Source: Gemmatimonadota bacterium (GTDB taxonomy: Bacteria; Gemmatimonadota; Gemmatimonadetes; Gemmatimonadales; GWC2-71-9). Taken from it: a stretch of DNA of 64,000 nucleotides. The stretch is from the NCBI GenBank assembly GCA_036679605.1, contig JAZDCZ010000180.1, positions 64,001 through 128,000 on the forward strand, in the 5' to 3' direction. Numbering within the stretch: the stretch's first letter is position 1; the number at the start of each line of letters is the position of its first letter. The position numbers and the translations under genes are program-made. This document shows positions 38,679-49,500 of this stretch, piece after piece. The notes beneath the pieces are model-generated. The model ran no database searches. It was given only the letters and a program-made list of their open reading frames with translations, and was not told the DNA's origin.

Positions 38679-41351
38679 TTAGGCGGCCCCCGTCCGAAAA
38701 ATGTGCTGCAGATCACGGGCCGACCGAGCATGGTTGCGGGCCTCTCTCGCGAAGGGACCGTCTGGGGCAATAGAAACGACTTGCTCCCACTGTTCGATGG
38801 CCTCGCCGTACCGGTGCAATCGGGCAAGCACGACTCCCGTGAAAAACTGGGCCCCGACGTGGCAAATGTCGTACGCCAGGATTCGCCTGAATGTCTGCAG
38901 CGACGCCTCGAGTCTGCCGTCATCCAGTAGCGAGTGCCCGAGCGCCAGCAGCGCGCCCAGGTCCGACGGGTCGTTGGCGAGGACATCTGCCAGCAAGTTG
39001 ACTGCCGTGCGAGGATGCCCGGTAATCCGATAGACTCGCGCAAGCGCCAGAGCCGCCTCAACAAAGGTGGGCAGAGCTTCAAGCGCAGCTCTGTAGCATC
39101 GCTCTGCCATCTTCCAGTCCTCGTCGGCCTCATAACTCCGGCCAAGATTGAAGTGGACTTGGGCGAATCGAGGATTCAGCAGCAGGGCGTCCTCGTAGGA
39201 TTCTCGGGCTGCTTCGACGTCTCCCATGTCGGCTGCAATGTCACCCTCTAGCTTGAGAATGTCCGCTCTATGGGGTGCTCTCTGACGCGCGAGACGGAGC
39301 GCCTCGAGTGACTTTGCCGGATCACCGGCCGCAAGCCGAGCCTCAGCGAGCGTTACCAGAATATCGGCATCTTCGGGCCATTCATCGCCCAACGAGATTG
39401 CTTCCTGAATCGCCTCAGCTCCCCGACCAAGTGCCAACAGTTGGCGTACTTCGCCGAGTCTCGCGTCCGCACGATCTGACATCACCGCTCTCGCAGCTCG
39501 GTACCTCTCTAGCGCCTCGCCGTGAAGACCGCGCCGCGCGAAGATCTGGCCTGCGAGCAATTGGGTTTCGGCTCCTTCGGGGTCGTGACCCGAGGCTCTG
39601 TCGACTTCAGCGGCCGCCAGATCCAGCAGTCCCTTGTTCAGGTAATCTCTTGCCAGGGAGAGCCGGCCCTTCGTCGCTCCCTGCGGCGGCCTGTCCGGGG
39701 GCTGATCGAGTTCTGCAAAGAGGTTGTCTATCAGACCCTGGTCAAACTTTAGGGGCACACCTGATTCGACAGTGACTTCGGCAGCTATTTCCGGGACCAC
39801 AGAAATCGCTGGGTCCTCATACTGAAGATCGATCGCCAGGCGAAATTTCAGGGGATTGTAATACGGATTGAGCGTTTGGGCCCGCGTGACTTCCCGCAGC
39901 GCCCCATCGTAATCGCCTAGGGCCGATAGAGCAAAACTCAGGTCATAATGCGCCTCCGCAGAGTCAGGATCTTCCTCCACGGCTCTAGCAAACGCGTTCC
40001 GGGCATCCTCCCGACGTCCCAGCTCTGTCAAGACCATGCCGATCCCGTTCCATGCCGCCGCCCCTACTTGATCACTCTCGAGAATCTTCTTGAACGCGCT
40101 CAAGGCAAGTTCGAATCGGCCCAATTTGAAAAGAAGTAAGCCAAGGTTGAGTTGCGGAGTCACAAGCGGGCGATCTCGCTTCACTGCCTCCGCCAAAGCA
40201 TTGACGGCATCATCATTTTGCCCCTGCTGAGCTAAAGAAACCGCCAAATTATTGAGAGCCAGGGAATAGTCGGACTCCAGTTCCACCGATCGACGGTATG
40301 ACTCAATAGCATCGGCTGGTCGGCCCAGCTGATGGAGGACTACTCCCCTCTCGTTCCAAAGCTTGTGTGAGTCTGGCACCTCCTGGAGCAGGCGGTCGTA
40401 CAGTTCGAGAGCGGCCGAAAAGTCGCGTTGCAGCAGGTACACTTCGGCCATGGCTTGCTGGACCATTGCACCGTCCTCACCCCGGTCGAGAGCCAGCCCA
40501 TACTCTTGCATTGCCTCGCGGTAATAACCCTTCTGGCGAAAGGCTAAGCCTAGATTGAGATGCGGTAGGGACTCATTCACACTCACAGGACTCTCTGCCA
40601 AGACCGGCTCTACCTCTTCTTCTTTTCGATCTCGAGATAGACGTTCGAGTGACAGATTGGTGTGCGCACGAGAGAACAACGGATTCAACTGAATCGCTCG
40701 TTTGGTTGCGGCCCTCGCTTCCTCGTGCCGGCCAAGATCACCCAGCACAAACGCCATGAGATAATGCGCGTCTGCATGTTCCGGATTCAGCTTTATCGCC
40801 TCGGTCAGAGCATCCAGGGCTTCACGGTTCAACCCACGGTTGTAGAGCGTTTCACCGAGATAGGAACGCACGACACTGCTCTGATCGTCAAGTTCACAGG
40901 CCCGCTCCAGTAGCTGCGTTGCCTCCTCCATGCGACCGCCGGCCTTTTCTGCCAGCGCCAACTGCAAGAGTGCCGACAGATCTTTCTCGTCGTCGGATAC
41001 AAGCACCCGAAATTCATCGGCGGCGGCGGCGGACTGACCGAGCACAGCCAGTGCCTTTCCAAGCTCCCATCGAGCTTCACGATCCTCGGGGTTGGCCCTT
41101 AGACGATCCCTCAACTTGGTGACGCGCTGATCGTAGGAACCGGTACGCCGGTGTGCCAGCTCCAAGTTTCGCTGTGCAACCGTCATTTTTGAATCCAACT
41201 CGAGCGCACCCGCAAACTGTTCGACGGCCTCTTCAAAAAGGTCGTTCACATAGTACAGCGCGCCCAAGTTGTTGTGGGCACCTGCGTCGGATGCGTCGAT
41301 ACGGTGCGCAAACGACAGGAGTGCGGCGCGTTCCTGGTCGTTCAACACCAT
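38679..41351 (-). CDS. Large multi-TPR scaffold protein (890 aa)
   Basis: Many canonical 34-aa TPRs (AHNNLG, LWNERG, AWNGIG, VHFNLG); no signal peptide or TM. Confidence 0.88.
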   Translation of the reverse strand: MVLNDQERAALLSFAHRIDASDAGAHNNLGALYYVNDLFEEAVEQFAGALELDSKMTVAQRNLELAHRRTGSYDQRVTKLRDRLRANPEDREARWELGKALAVLGQSAAAADEFRVLVSDDEKDLSALLQLALAEKAGGRMEEATQLLERACELDDQSSVVRSYLGETLYNRGLNREALDALTEAIKLNPEHADAHYLMAFVLGDLGRHEEARAATKRAIQLNPLFSRAHTNLSLERLSRDRKEEEVEPVLAESPVSVNESLPHLNLGLAFRQKGYYREAMQEYGLALDRGEDGAMVQQAMAEVYLLQRDFSAALELYDRLLQEVPDSHKLWNERGVVLHQLGRPADAIESYRRSVELESDYSLALNNLAVSLAQQGQNDDAVNALAEAVKRDRPLVTPQLNLGLLLFKLGRFELALSAFKKILESDQVGAAAWNGIGMVLTELGRREDARNAFARAVEEDPDSAEAHYDLSFALSALGDYDGALREVTRAQTLNPYYNPLKFRLAIDLQYEDPAISVVPEIAAEVTVESGVPLKFDQGLIDNLFAELDQPPDRPPQGATKGRLSLARDYLNKGLLDLAAAEVDRASGHDPEGAETQLLAGQIFARRGLHGEALERYRAARAVMSDRADARLGEVRQLLALGRGAEAIQEAISLGDEWPEDADILVTLAEARLAAGDPAKSLEALRLARQRAPHRADILKLEGDIAADMGDVEAARESYEDALLLNPRFAQVHFNLGRSYEADEDWKMAERCYRAALEALPTFVEAALALARVYRITGHPRTAVNLLADVLANDPSDLGALLALGHSLLDDGRLEASLQTFRRILAYDICHVGAQFFTGVVLARLHRYGEAIEQWEQVVSIAPDGPFAREARNHARSARDLQHIFRTGAA

Positions 41352-41355
41352 TCGC

Positions 41356-41976
41356 TTAGGACAGTTGCACCGCGTCTAGGATAGCCTTGAGCGATACCAG
41401 ATCGGGTAGGAGTAGAAAAAGTCCGCTAAGCCTTCGGTCGGCTTCCTCGAAATGAAAATTAGTTTCGACACAAAACATGTATTCGCGCTCACTGCCGAAA
41501 CCCAGATGCACAGTCGTGAGCACAGCTCCGGCTACATCGATGACCAAACTCGGCACAGACGGTAAGAGCATCATGCCCATGAAGTCAGAGAGCGCGTTGA
41601 GGTACGCACCTCCCAAAATATTTCCGGCCTCTTTCAAGCTGGATCGTTCCAATTCGTCGAAGACTTCAGTGGTCCCCGGCGTTCTTTTCAGCAGTAGATC
41701 GCAAAGCAACTTCGCGTTCTCAGCTGGCAGCATCAAAAGGTTCCGACCCGTCAGATCACCCAACATGTGCATCAAAACGGCTGCTACCAGCTCTTGCGGA
41801 TCGCCCAGAGTACCGGAAATCTGATCTATGTCTGCCACTTTGATTGTGGGAACACTGATCATGATGCGGCTGTTGGTCAGCTGTGACAGGGCCGTTGCTG
41901 CGTGTCCGGCACCGATGTTGGCTACCTCGGTCAGGGCATCGAGCTGGTGCGGCTTTAGGTTCGTCAAATCGTTCAT
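41356..41976 (-). CDS. cheC: CheY-P phosphatase CheC
   Basis: Two ExxN sites: DALTEVANIGAGHAATALS and SSLKEAGNILGGAYLNALS. Confidence 0.93.
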   Translation of the reverse strand: MNDLTNLKPHQLDALTEVANIGAGHAATALSQLTNSRIMISVPTIKVADIDQISGTLGDPQELVAAVLMHMLGDLTGRNLLMLPAENAKLLCDLLLKRTPGTTEVFDELERSSLKEAGNILGGAYLNALSDFMGMMLLPSVPSLVIDVAGAVLTTVHLGFGSEREYMFCVETNFHFEEADRRLSGLFLLLPDLVSLKAILDAVQLS

Positions 41977-41987
41977 ATTCTGGCCTC

Positions 41988-43844
41988 CTACACCAGTCCG
42001 CCGGCATCGAGAATCAGAGCGGGGGAACCATCACTCAGGATCGTTGCACCTCCAAAGATCGGTAACATGCCCTTGGGAGGCTCGAACGATTTTACCACGA
42101 TTTCCTGCTGTCCTACCAATGAATCTACGACCAGTCCCGACCGCCGCTCTCCGATTTGGAGGACAACAACCGGGCGGCGCTGTGGCGCCGTCCCCGAAGC
42201 TCCGACCAGATCACGCAAGTGAAGCAAGGGAACTATTTCATCCCGGACCGAGAGTGCTTCCTTCCCCTCCAGCTGAGTGATCGCGGCCGGATTCAGATCC
42301 AGCGTCTCCGCGACGTGAGTGATCGGCAGCACGTAGCTCTCGTCTCCGACCCGCGTCATCAGAGCGCGCACGATAGCAAGACTCACCGGTAGCCGGAGGG
42401 TGAAGGTCGTTCCCTCACGCGGCTCGCTTCGTATCTCCAAGCCGCCGCCAAGGACACGAAGCTGAGCCACCACCGCGTCAATCCCCACACCGCGTCCGGC
42501 CACAGCCGAAACAGATTCCGCAGTACTGAAACCCGGCCGAGCGAGGACGCGCAGCATCATCTCATCGCTCAAGGTATCGACCTCCGGTCCCACCAGACCA
42601 CGCTCCTTTGCCTCGGACAAAATTTTCTGCCGATCGATACCCCTTCCGTCGTCGCTCACTCTAATTGCCACGGTGGCCCGTTCCTGAATGGCGGTAAGCG
42701 CTATTTGCCCCTCTCGGGACTTCCCGTTCCGCTCCCTTTCATCTGGAGGTTCGATTCCGTGGGCTAGCGCGTTGCGCAACAGGTGCACCAACGGATCGGC
42801 GATGTCATCGAGAATAGCGCGATCGAGTTCGATTTCCTTTCCCTCAACACGGAAGTTCACCGCCTTGCCCAGGTCGCGTGCGAGATCGCGAACCAACCGG
42901 GGGAACCGATCGAACACTTGCCATACAGGCGTCATTCGTCCCTGAATTATCTCCGCCTGAAGGCCGGTGGTAAGCTGAGAGATCTTCGCGGCCACCTCGT
43001 CCAGCACTACGTCCGACCGCGCTGCACTCAGCGCAATCAGCCTGTTCCTCGCTGTCACCATCTCGCCGATCAAATCCATCAGGGCATCCAGACGACGCAG
43101 ATCGATTCTGACGTGGCGCGATTTCCCGGGTCCGGCACTGGCTTTCCCCCACGCATCTCCCCCAACAGTGACACTTAGAATATCTCCAGCCGCATTGATC
43201 TCTTCTCTAAGGATGTCTTCGCCAGCAGTTGTTTCGATTCTAAAACCAAAGCGGCCGTCGAAATCATCTGACTCGAACGCAAGGCGAGATGGACGAACGT
43301 CCCGTAAGACTCCGATCTCCTCCATGCGGCCCAGCACCACCGCGGCTCTCGCCCCCTTCAGAACACTATCCGGAGCTACGACAACTTGGATCGCGATTCC
43401 GGGCCCCTCTGACGGCCCCGATGTGGCGGAGGGTGCCACCACTGACGGTCTCCTCTGTGCTACACCAAGCCCTCCCGCGGCAGCATCGAGCGCAGCAATG
43501 AGATCGCTCGCAATATCAGTACTGCGCCCCGCCACCGCATCGTCGATCGCATGTTCCAACGCATCCGCTGCACGAAACAGAAGCTCGATCGTATCTTCCG
43601 CAGGCTTCTTCTCACCAGTTCGCAACCCGCCCAGCAGATTCTCAGTGTGGTGCGCAAGATTGGAGACGGCCGTATAACCCATCGTTGCGGCCATTCCCTT
43701 AATAGTGTGAACGGAACGGAAGACTCCGTCTATCGGTTCAACTATTTCCGGAGTGCGTTCCCACTCCAAGAGCTGCTGGTTGATCATACCGAGGTGTTCG
43801 TGGCTTTCGGCCAGGAACAATTCGGCGTACTGCGAAACATCCAT
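41988..43844 (-). CDS. cheA: Chemotaxis histidine kinase CheA
   Basis: HPt FRSVHTIKG, P2-like region, dimerisation LDALMDLIGE, HLLRNA, DDGRG, PGFST, GRGVG, C-terminal CheW-like domain. Confidence 0.97.
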   Translation of the reverse strand: MDVSQYAELFLAESHEHLGMINQQLLEWERTPEIVEPIDGVFRSVHTIKGMAATMGYTAVSNLAHHTENLLGGLRTGEKKPAEDTIELLFRAADALEHAIDDAVAGRSTDIASDLIAALDAAAGGLGVAQRRPSVVAPSATSGPSEGPGIAIQVVVAPDSVLKGARAAVVLGRMEEIGVLRDVRPSRLAFESDDFDGRFGFRIETTAGEDILREEINAAGDILSVTVGGDAWGKASAGPGKSRHVRIDLRRLDALMDLIGEMVTARNRLIALSAARSDVVLDEVAAKISQLTTGLQAEIIQGRMTPVWQVFDRFPRLVRDLARDLGKAVNFRVEGKEIELDRAILDDIADPLVHLLRNALAHGIEPPDERERNGKSREGQIALTAIQERATVAIRVSDDGRGIDRQKILSEAKERGLVGPEVDTLSDEMMLRVLARPGFSTAESVSAVAGRGVGIDAVVAQLRVLGGGLEIRSEPREGTTFTLRLPVSLAIVRALMTRVGDESYVLPITHVAETLDLNPAAITQLEGKEALSVRDEIVPLLHLRDLVGASGTAPQRRPVVVLQIGERRSGLVVDSLVGQQEIVVKSFEPPKGMLPIFGGATILSDGSPALILDAGGLV

Positions 43845-43845
43845 G

Positions 43846-44208
43846 TCAGCCGAGGACCCGTTGGACAGCTTCGAGCACGCGAGATGGTTGGAACGGCTTC
43901 ACCACGAAATCCTTGGCACCGGCCTGTATGGCCTCGACCACTAACGCCTGCTGGCCCATCGCACTGCACATCAGAATCCGGGCGCCGCTGTCAATCTTCA
44001 TTATCTCGCGGACAGCGTCGATACCTCCCATGTCCGGCATAACAATGTCCATCGTCACCAGATCTGGTCGCAGCTCGCTAAACTTCTCCACTGCCTGGAC
44101 TCCGCTTTCAGCTTCACCGACGACTTCATATCCGGCCTGCGTCAGGATATCGCTGATCATCGTCCGCATGAAGATCGCGTCATCACAAATGAGTACAGTA
44201 TTGCTCAC
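43846..44208 (-). CDS. cheY: Single-domain response regulator CheY
   Basis: DDAIFMR, TMDIVMP, CSAMGQQ, FVVKPF (Bacillus/Thermotoga-type CheY). Confidence 0.94.
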   Translation of the reverse strand: MSNTVLICDDAIFMRTMISDILTQAGYEVVGEAESGVQAVEKFSELRPDLVTMDIVMPDMGGIDAVREIMKIDSGARILMCSAMGQQALVVEAIQAGAKDFVVKPFQPSRVLEAVQRVLG

Positions 44209-44219
44209 TGCGCCCCCTT

Positions 44220-44645
44220 CTATTCAATCAGGATCGGGATAAGTAGTGCATCGATATCGAGGAGTACAAAAGATAGTTTCCCGCGCCGGCCTACCGCCTC
44301 TACATATCCGGAATCGAGGCCCGGGAGATCATAGGTCTCAACCAGATCAGCACTCGAGATCGAAAAGAGATCCACCACGGAATCGACCGCGAATCCTACA
44401 GTCCGCTCGGCTACGTCGAGCAAGACTATGGGACCCCGTTTCTCTCCCAGAGGATAACCCAAAGCGCGCCTCGCATCCACCAGCGTCAAAAGCTGACCAC
44501 GAACGTTGATCAGACCTGTGACGGCATCAGTCGCACCTGGTATTCGAGTGGCATCGGCTCCCGGCACGATTTCCCGTACCGCCTCCGCTCTGGCCGCACA
44601 GGCAAGATCGGCCACGCGAAAAACGAGGACACGGGCGCCAGACAA
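44220..44645 (-). CDS. cheW: Chemotaxis coupling protein CheW
   Basis: VREIV, TRIPGA..AVTGLINVRG, GFAVDSV. Start uncertain (TTG 44645). Confidence 0.85.
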   Translation of the reverse strand: MSGARVLVFRVADLACAARAEAVREIVPGADATRIPGATDAVTGLINVRGQLLTLVDARRALGYPLGEKRGPIVLLDVAERTVGFAVDSVVDLFSISSADLVETYDLPGLDSGYVEAVGRRGKLSFVLLDIDALLIPILIE

Positions 44646-44655
44646 GTCTGTCTTC

Positions 44656-45657
44656 TCAGCGGAAGAAGCCAAGATACTCCAGGATATTGCCCCGATCAAG
44701 CAGACTCGGGTCGTTGTTGGCAACGCCTAGAAGTTGCCTCAAGTCGGAAGGCCAGTCAGCTCTGAACTCGCACGGTTCGCCGGTCACGGGATGCGCAAGA
44801 TTCAGCCGGGCCGCGTGCAGGGCCTGACGAGGTGCAGCTCTTTCCACCTCCTGTGCCCGGCGGCGCTGTGAACCCGTCATGCGCCTGGCTCCCCCTCCTC
44901 CGTAAACAGGATCTCCGACCACAGGATGGCCAATGTAGTTCAGATGCACGCGAATTTGGTGCGTTCTCCCGGTCACCAACCGAACTCTAACCAGATCACA
45001 GACGTCGAACCTAGACACAGGCTCGACCCTACTCTGCGCCGAGCGTCCGTTCGCCAGAACGGCCATGCGCTTGCGATCCTGTGGGTGGCGTGCTATGGGA
45101 GCGTCAATGTCGATCGGTTTATCTACGTGTCCCCAGACAAGAGCCACATACGTGCGGCTTACGTGTCGTCGCCCCAGCGCCCGCGCCAAACGAGTGTGCG
45201 CCAGGTCTGTTCGCGCAAGCATGATCAGACCGGACGTATCTTTGTCCAAACGATGCACGATCCCGGGTCTTCCGACGCCATCCGACAACTTGGTCCCTCT
45301 CGCAACCAATGCATTCAGGAGAGTGTCGTTCCAGTGTCCTGGTGCCGGATGCACCACCAGCCCGGCAGGCTTATCGAGTACCATGAATGCATCGTCCTGA
45401 TACACGACGTCGAGCGGAACGAAATGAGGTTCGAGTTTCCGCAGACCTGTGTTGGAGTCGGCTGAGTCCAGCAGCGATACGCGGTCTCCTCGAGTGAGGG
45501 TACGCGATGATCGTGCAAGCTCATCGTTGACGCGAACCGCTCCGTCCGCGATTAGGCGTGCGGCTTGGCTCCTCGAGTATGCTAGCTGATCGGCAAGAAA
45601 GCGGTCTAGTCGCTCCGTGACCGCCACGGAGACCTGAAACTCTAGGTGCCGCTCCAA
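44656..45657 (-). CDS. rluD: RluA/RluD-family pseudouridine synthase
   Basis: S4 domain RLDRFL; KPAGLVVHP, HRLDKDTSG, TGRTHQIRVH, QALHA. Confidence 0.93.
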   Translation of the reverse strand: MERHLEFQVSVAVTERLDRFLADQLAYSRSQAARLIADGAVRVNDELARSSRTLTRGDRVSLLDSADSNTGLRKLEPHFVPLDVVYQDDAFMVLDKPAGLVVHPAPGHWNDTLLNALVARGTKLSDGVGRPGIVHRLDKDTSGLIMLARTDLAHTRLARALGRRHVSRTYVALVWGHVDKPIDIDAPIARHPQDRKRMAVLANGRSAQSRVEPVSRFDVCDLVRVRLVTGRTHQIRVHLNYIGHPVVGDPVYGGGGARRMTGSQRRRAQEVERAAPRQALHAARLNLAHPVTGEPCEFRADWPSDLRQLLGVANNDPSLLDRGNILEYLGFFR

Positions 45658-45673
45658 GGTGAGGTGATTCCGA

Positions 45674-46198
45674 CTACGAGGACACTTCGGCCGGCTTGGT
45701 AGGCTCTCCTGTCAGCTGCGGTACCTGCTTCCCCTCCGACCAGAGGATCGCAGCGAGCCCAATCGCACCACAACTTACGGCCATGTCGGCCACGTTGAAC
45801 GTGGGCCAGTGAAAGTTCTTTATCCAAACGTCGATAAAATCCACAACGCCGGCGGGACTACGGATGCGATCGATGAGGTTGCCGACCGCTCCACCGCAAA
45901 CAAGCCCGAGTGTCAGTAGCCGGAATCGGTGCTCCACCACGGTCTGTCGTACCATCGCCCCAAGCACGAACAAGGCAATGATTGCAAGTGCCATAAAGAC
46001 CCAACGGGAGTATTGTCCGACATTGATTCCAAAGGCCGCCCCGGGGTTGAATACCAACCGAAAGGTGAGCCACTCACCGATGACCGGCTTTGACCCGGCC
46101 GAGAGTTCGGCTACTGCTACCAGCTTTGTAATGAAGTCAAGGACCACGACCGCTGACCCCACCAGCCAGAAGATTGCTCGACTATTACTCTTTGCCAT
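45674..46198 (-). CDS. lspA: Lipoprotein signal peptidase II
   Basis: LDFITK, NPGAAFG, GAVGNLIDR, VVDFI, FNVAD. Start set at ATG 46198. Confidence 0.96.
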   Translation of the reverse strand: MAKSNSRAIFWLVGSAVVVLDFITKLVAVAELSAGSKPVIGEWLTFRLVFNPGAAFGINVGQYSRWVFMALAIIALFVLGAMVRQTVVEHRFRLLTLGLVCGGAVGNLIDRIRSPAGVVDFIDVWIKNFHWPTFNVADMAVSCGAIGLAAILWSEGKQVPQLTGEPTKPAEVSS

Positions 46199-46565
46199 CT
46201 TCCTCTTTGGCCTTGCACTGGAAGCAGAGCCTCGCATGCGGCAACGCGTCGAGCCTCTCGAATCCGACGGGCTTAGCGCATTCATGACACGTTCCGAAAG
46301 TTTTGGGACTTCTATACAGGCGCCTCAGCGCCTCGTTGACGTGCCAGAGGTACCGGCCTTCCTTGGATGCAAACAAGAATTGCTTCTCCCTCTCCATTGC
46401 ATCCGTGCCTTGATCGGCCATATGGAAGGAATACGCCGACAGATCGCCATCCGAATCCTGCAGCGTTCCACTGAACTGCTCATCGTAATAGCCAAGCTCC
46501 TTCGTCACCCTCTCACGTTCTTCGAGGAGTCGCTTCTCGAGATGAGCCAACTGCTTCTTATTCAT
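46185..46565 (-). CDS. TraR/DksA C4-type zinc-finger protein
   Basis: Coiled coil with HMADQGTD tip; FGTCHEC…ERLDALP.ARLCFQC. Confidence 0.92.
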   Translation of the reverse strand: MNKKQLAHLEKRLLEERERVTKELGYYDEQFSGTLQDSDGDLSAYSFHMADQGTDAMEREKQFLFASKEGRYLWHVNEALRRLYRSPKTFGTCHECAKPVGFERLDALPHARLCFQCKAKEEDGKE

Positions 46566-46567
46566 GC

Positions 46568-49500
46568 TTAATTACCGTGGTCCTTGTTTGCTTTAGAATT
46601 GTCATTTTCCTCTGAATATCGTCTCAGCGATATGACGGCCACCAGTTCATCGATTTTGACCGACTCAGTTATGTCCGGCTCGAACAGCTCGGAATCTATC
46701 TCCACACACCTCGCCAGGGTCTCGCGGGCAATAAAGGTGCGAAAATCTCCGGTGGCTGCCAAGATGCCGTCTGACCCGGCCACGCCGACGGCAATACGTG
46801 TATCGTAATCATAACCCGCCTGTTTGCGCAGCCTTTGGATTCGATTCACCATTTCACGGGCTAGGCCCTCCCGCTCAAGTGCGGGCGACACCTCAGGATC
46901 TAGCGCGGCCACATACGGTCCATCGCTCTGCACTAGCCAGTCGGTGACCACATCGCGCTCCACGATCACGTCCTCCGCCCTGTACTCGAACGTCCGACCG
47001 TTCACCTCCACCTCTTGCATCTCACCCCGCTCCAGACCCCGGAGCTGGCCGGAATCAAGGGTTCTCGCGGCGTTGGCTGCCAACGGCGTATCCTTACCAT
47101 ATACCTTACCCAGAGTTCGGAAGTTCGGTTTCGCTCTCAGTTTCACCAAGTCTTCGTCCGACTCCACTACAACGATCCGCCGTACATTAACCTCCGCTAC
47201 CAAAATATCGAGCAAGCCGTCGAATTCGCTTCCCCTCGCTGCCGCGGGTACGGCCACCTTCATACATGCCAGCGGTTGCCTGACTCTGAAACCGCCGTCT
47301 TCTCGGGCGCGCCTCGCGAGCGATGCCAGCTTGCGGACTGCATTCATTGCTAGGTCAAGCCTTGCGGAATCCCTTCCGCCGCTCTCGGGGAACTCCGCTA
47401 GATGAACCGAATCGCCTTGCAGCTGCCTGTGAATCGCGTCACTCAAGAACGGGGCGGCCGGAGCCAGTAGCCGACTCACCGTACCCAGAGCCTCATGCAA
47501 GGTCGCCAGAGCCGCTGTGTCCGCGCTCGTGTCCGGGGCCCAGAACCGTGAGCGATTTACCCGGACGTACCAATTAGATAGATCGGCGTCGCAAAATTCC
47601 ATGATTGCCCTGACTCCGCTCGTTACGTCGTAGCCAGACCAAGCAGTACGCACTGCAGTCACCAATCGATCCAGCCGGCTGAGAAGCCATTTATCGACCA
47701 ACGGCCGTTCTTGCCAGGGATCAGAGTCGCACGGATCCCATTGCTCGGCGTAAAGCGCAAAAAACCCGTAAGTGTTCTTCAGCTGGTTCAAGAATCCAAG
47801 CGACAGTTCGGGAATCTCCTTGGCATCGAATCGCTTCGGCAACCACACCTGACTCGCCGCAATCAGATAGAGCCGCACGGCGTCAGCCCCAAAGTTCTCG
47901 ACCGCCTCGAAAGGATCGACAACATTTCCCAGCCGCTTCGACATCTTGCGCCCGTCTGGATCCAGCACGAGCCCATTGACTATCACATTGCTGTACGCTG
48001 GCTGCTCAAACACCCCAGACGCGATCGCGAGAAGTGAATAGAACCATCCTCTCGTCTGATCCAGACCTTCACAGATAAAATCTGCCGGAAAATGGCGCTT
48101 GAACTCTTCGCTGCCTTCAAACGGATAATGCCACTGAGCATATGGCATTGATCCGGAATCGAACCAAGCATCGATCACGGCCGATACGCGGTGCATGGTT
48201 CCACTGCACTCGCCACAATCGAAGGTGAACGAATCGATATACGGTTTGTGCGGATCGAAATCGTCCGGGAGAGGATCGCCCTTCAATTTCGCAAGTTGCT
48301 CGTAGGAACCGACAAAAGTGCGGTGACCATCGTCGCGGTCGCAGATCCACACTGGCAAGGGAGTGCCCCAAAAACGATCGCGGGACAGGGCCCAGTCCAC
48401 ATTGTTCTCCAACCATTCGCCGAACCGACCGGTGCCGACTTCCGGAGGGTACCAGGATACCTCTTCGTTCGACTGGATCATTCGATCCTTGAAGGCCGTT
48501 GTTCGGACGAACCAAGATTTCCTCGCGTAATAGATTAGCGGAGAGTCACATCGCCAGCAGAAGGGATAGGTATGTTCGTAACCCTTAGGCTGGTACTTAC
48601 CAAACACCTTGCCGGAAGCCTCGAGGTGTGCCGCAATAGTTGGGTTTGCCTCAAAGACCGTCTTTCCATTGATCGAGTCGAAAGACGTACCTTTGAATCG
48701 CCCACTTTCGTCGACGGGATTAACGAACGCCATCCGTTCTCGCCCTACGACGGCATAGTCATCGACTCCGAACGCCGGCGCGATGTGCACCAGACCGGTG
48801 CCTTCTTCACGGGTCACGAAATCGGCGGCCACGACCCGGAAAGCGTCTTCTTCGCCATCAACGGCAACCGCGTCCATCAATTGATGGTAGCGCAGGCCCA
48901 CCAACTCAGAACCAGACAACTCCGCAACCGTTGCAAACCGCGCAAGCGGCTCTCCCTTTCCCACTCCCGGAACGGTCAGTGACTCAGCAATCGACTTCTC
49001 AACAATCACACTGCGCCCATCTATATCTAGTACTACATATTGGAAGCTCGGATTGACCGCAACGGCCACATTCGACGGTAACGTCCACGGAGTGGTAGTC
49101 CACACCAACAAGAACCGACTCGAGTCACCTTGCTCGGCTAGACGAAACAGCACGTATATCGAAGGGCTACGATGGGTGTCGTATCCCAAGGCGAGTTCAT
49201 GACTTGAAAGCACAGTACCGCAACGGGGGCAGTAAGGGAGAACCTTCTGGCCCTCGTAAAGGAGATCCTTATCTGCCAGCTGCTTGAGCGACCACCACAC
49301 GCTTTCCACATAGTCATTGGTGTATGTGACATACGGCCGGTCGTAGTCCAGCCAATATCCAATCCGTTCCGAGAGGGATTCCCAATCGGATTTGTACTGG
49401 AAAACGTTTTTCCTACACAGCTCATTGAATTTGGCCACGCCAAATGACTCGATACCCGCCTTGCCACTGATCTCTAGTTGTTTTTCCACCTCTATTTCCA

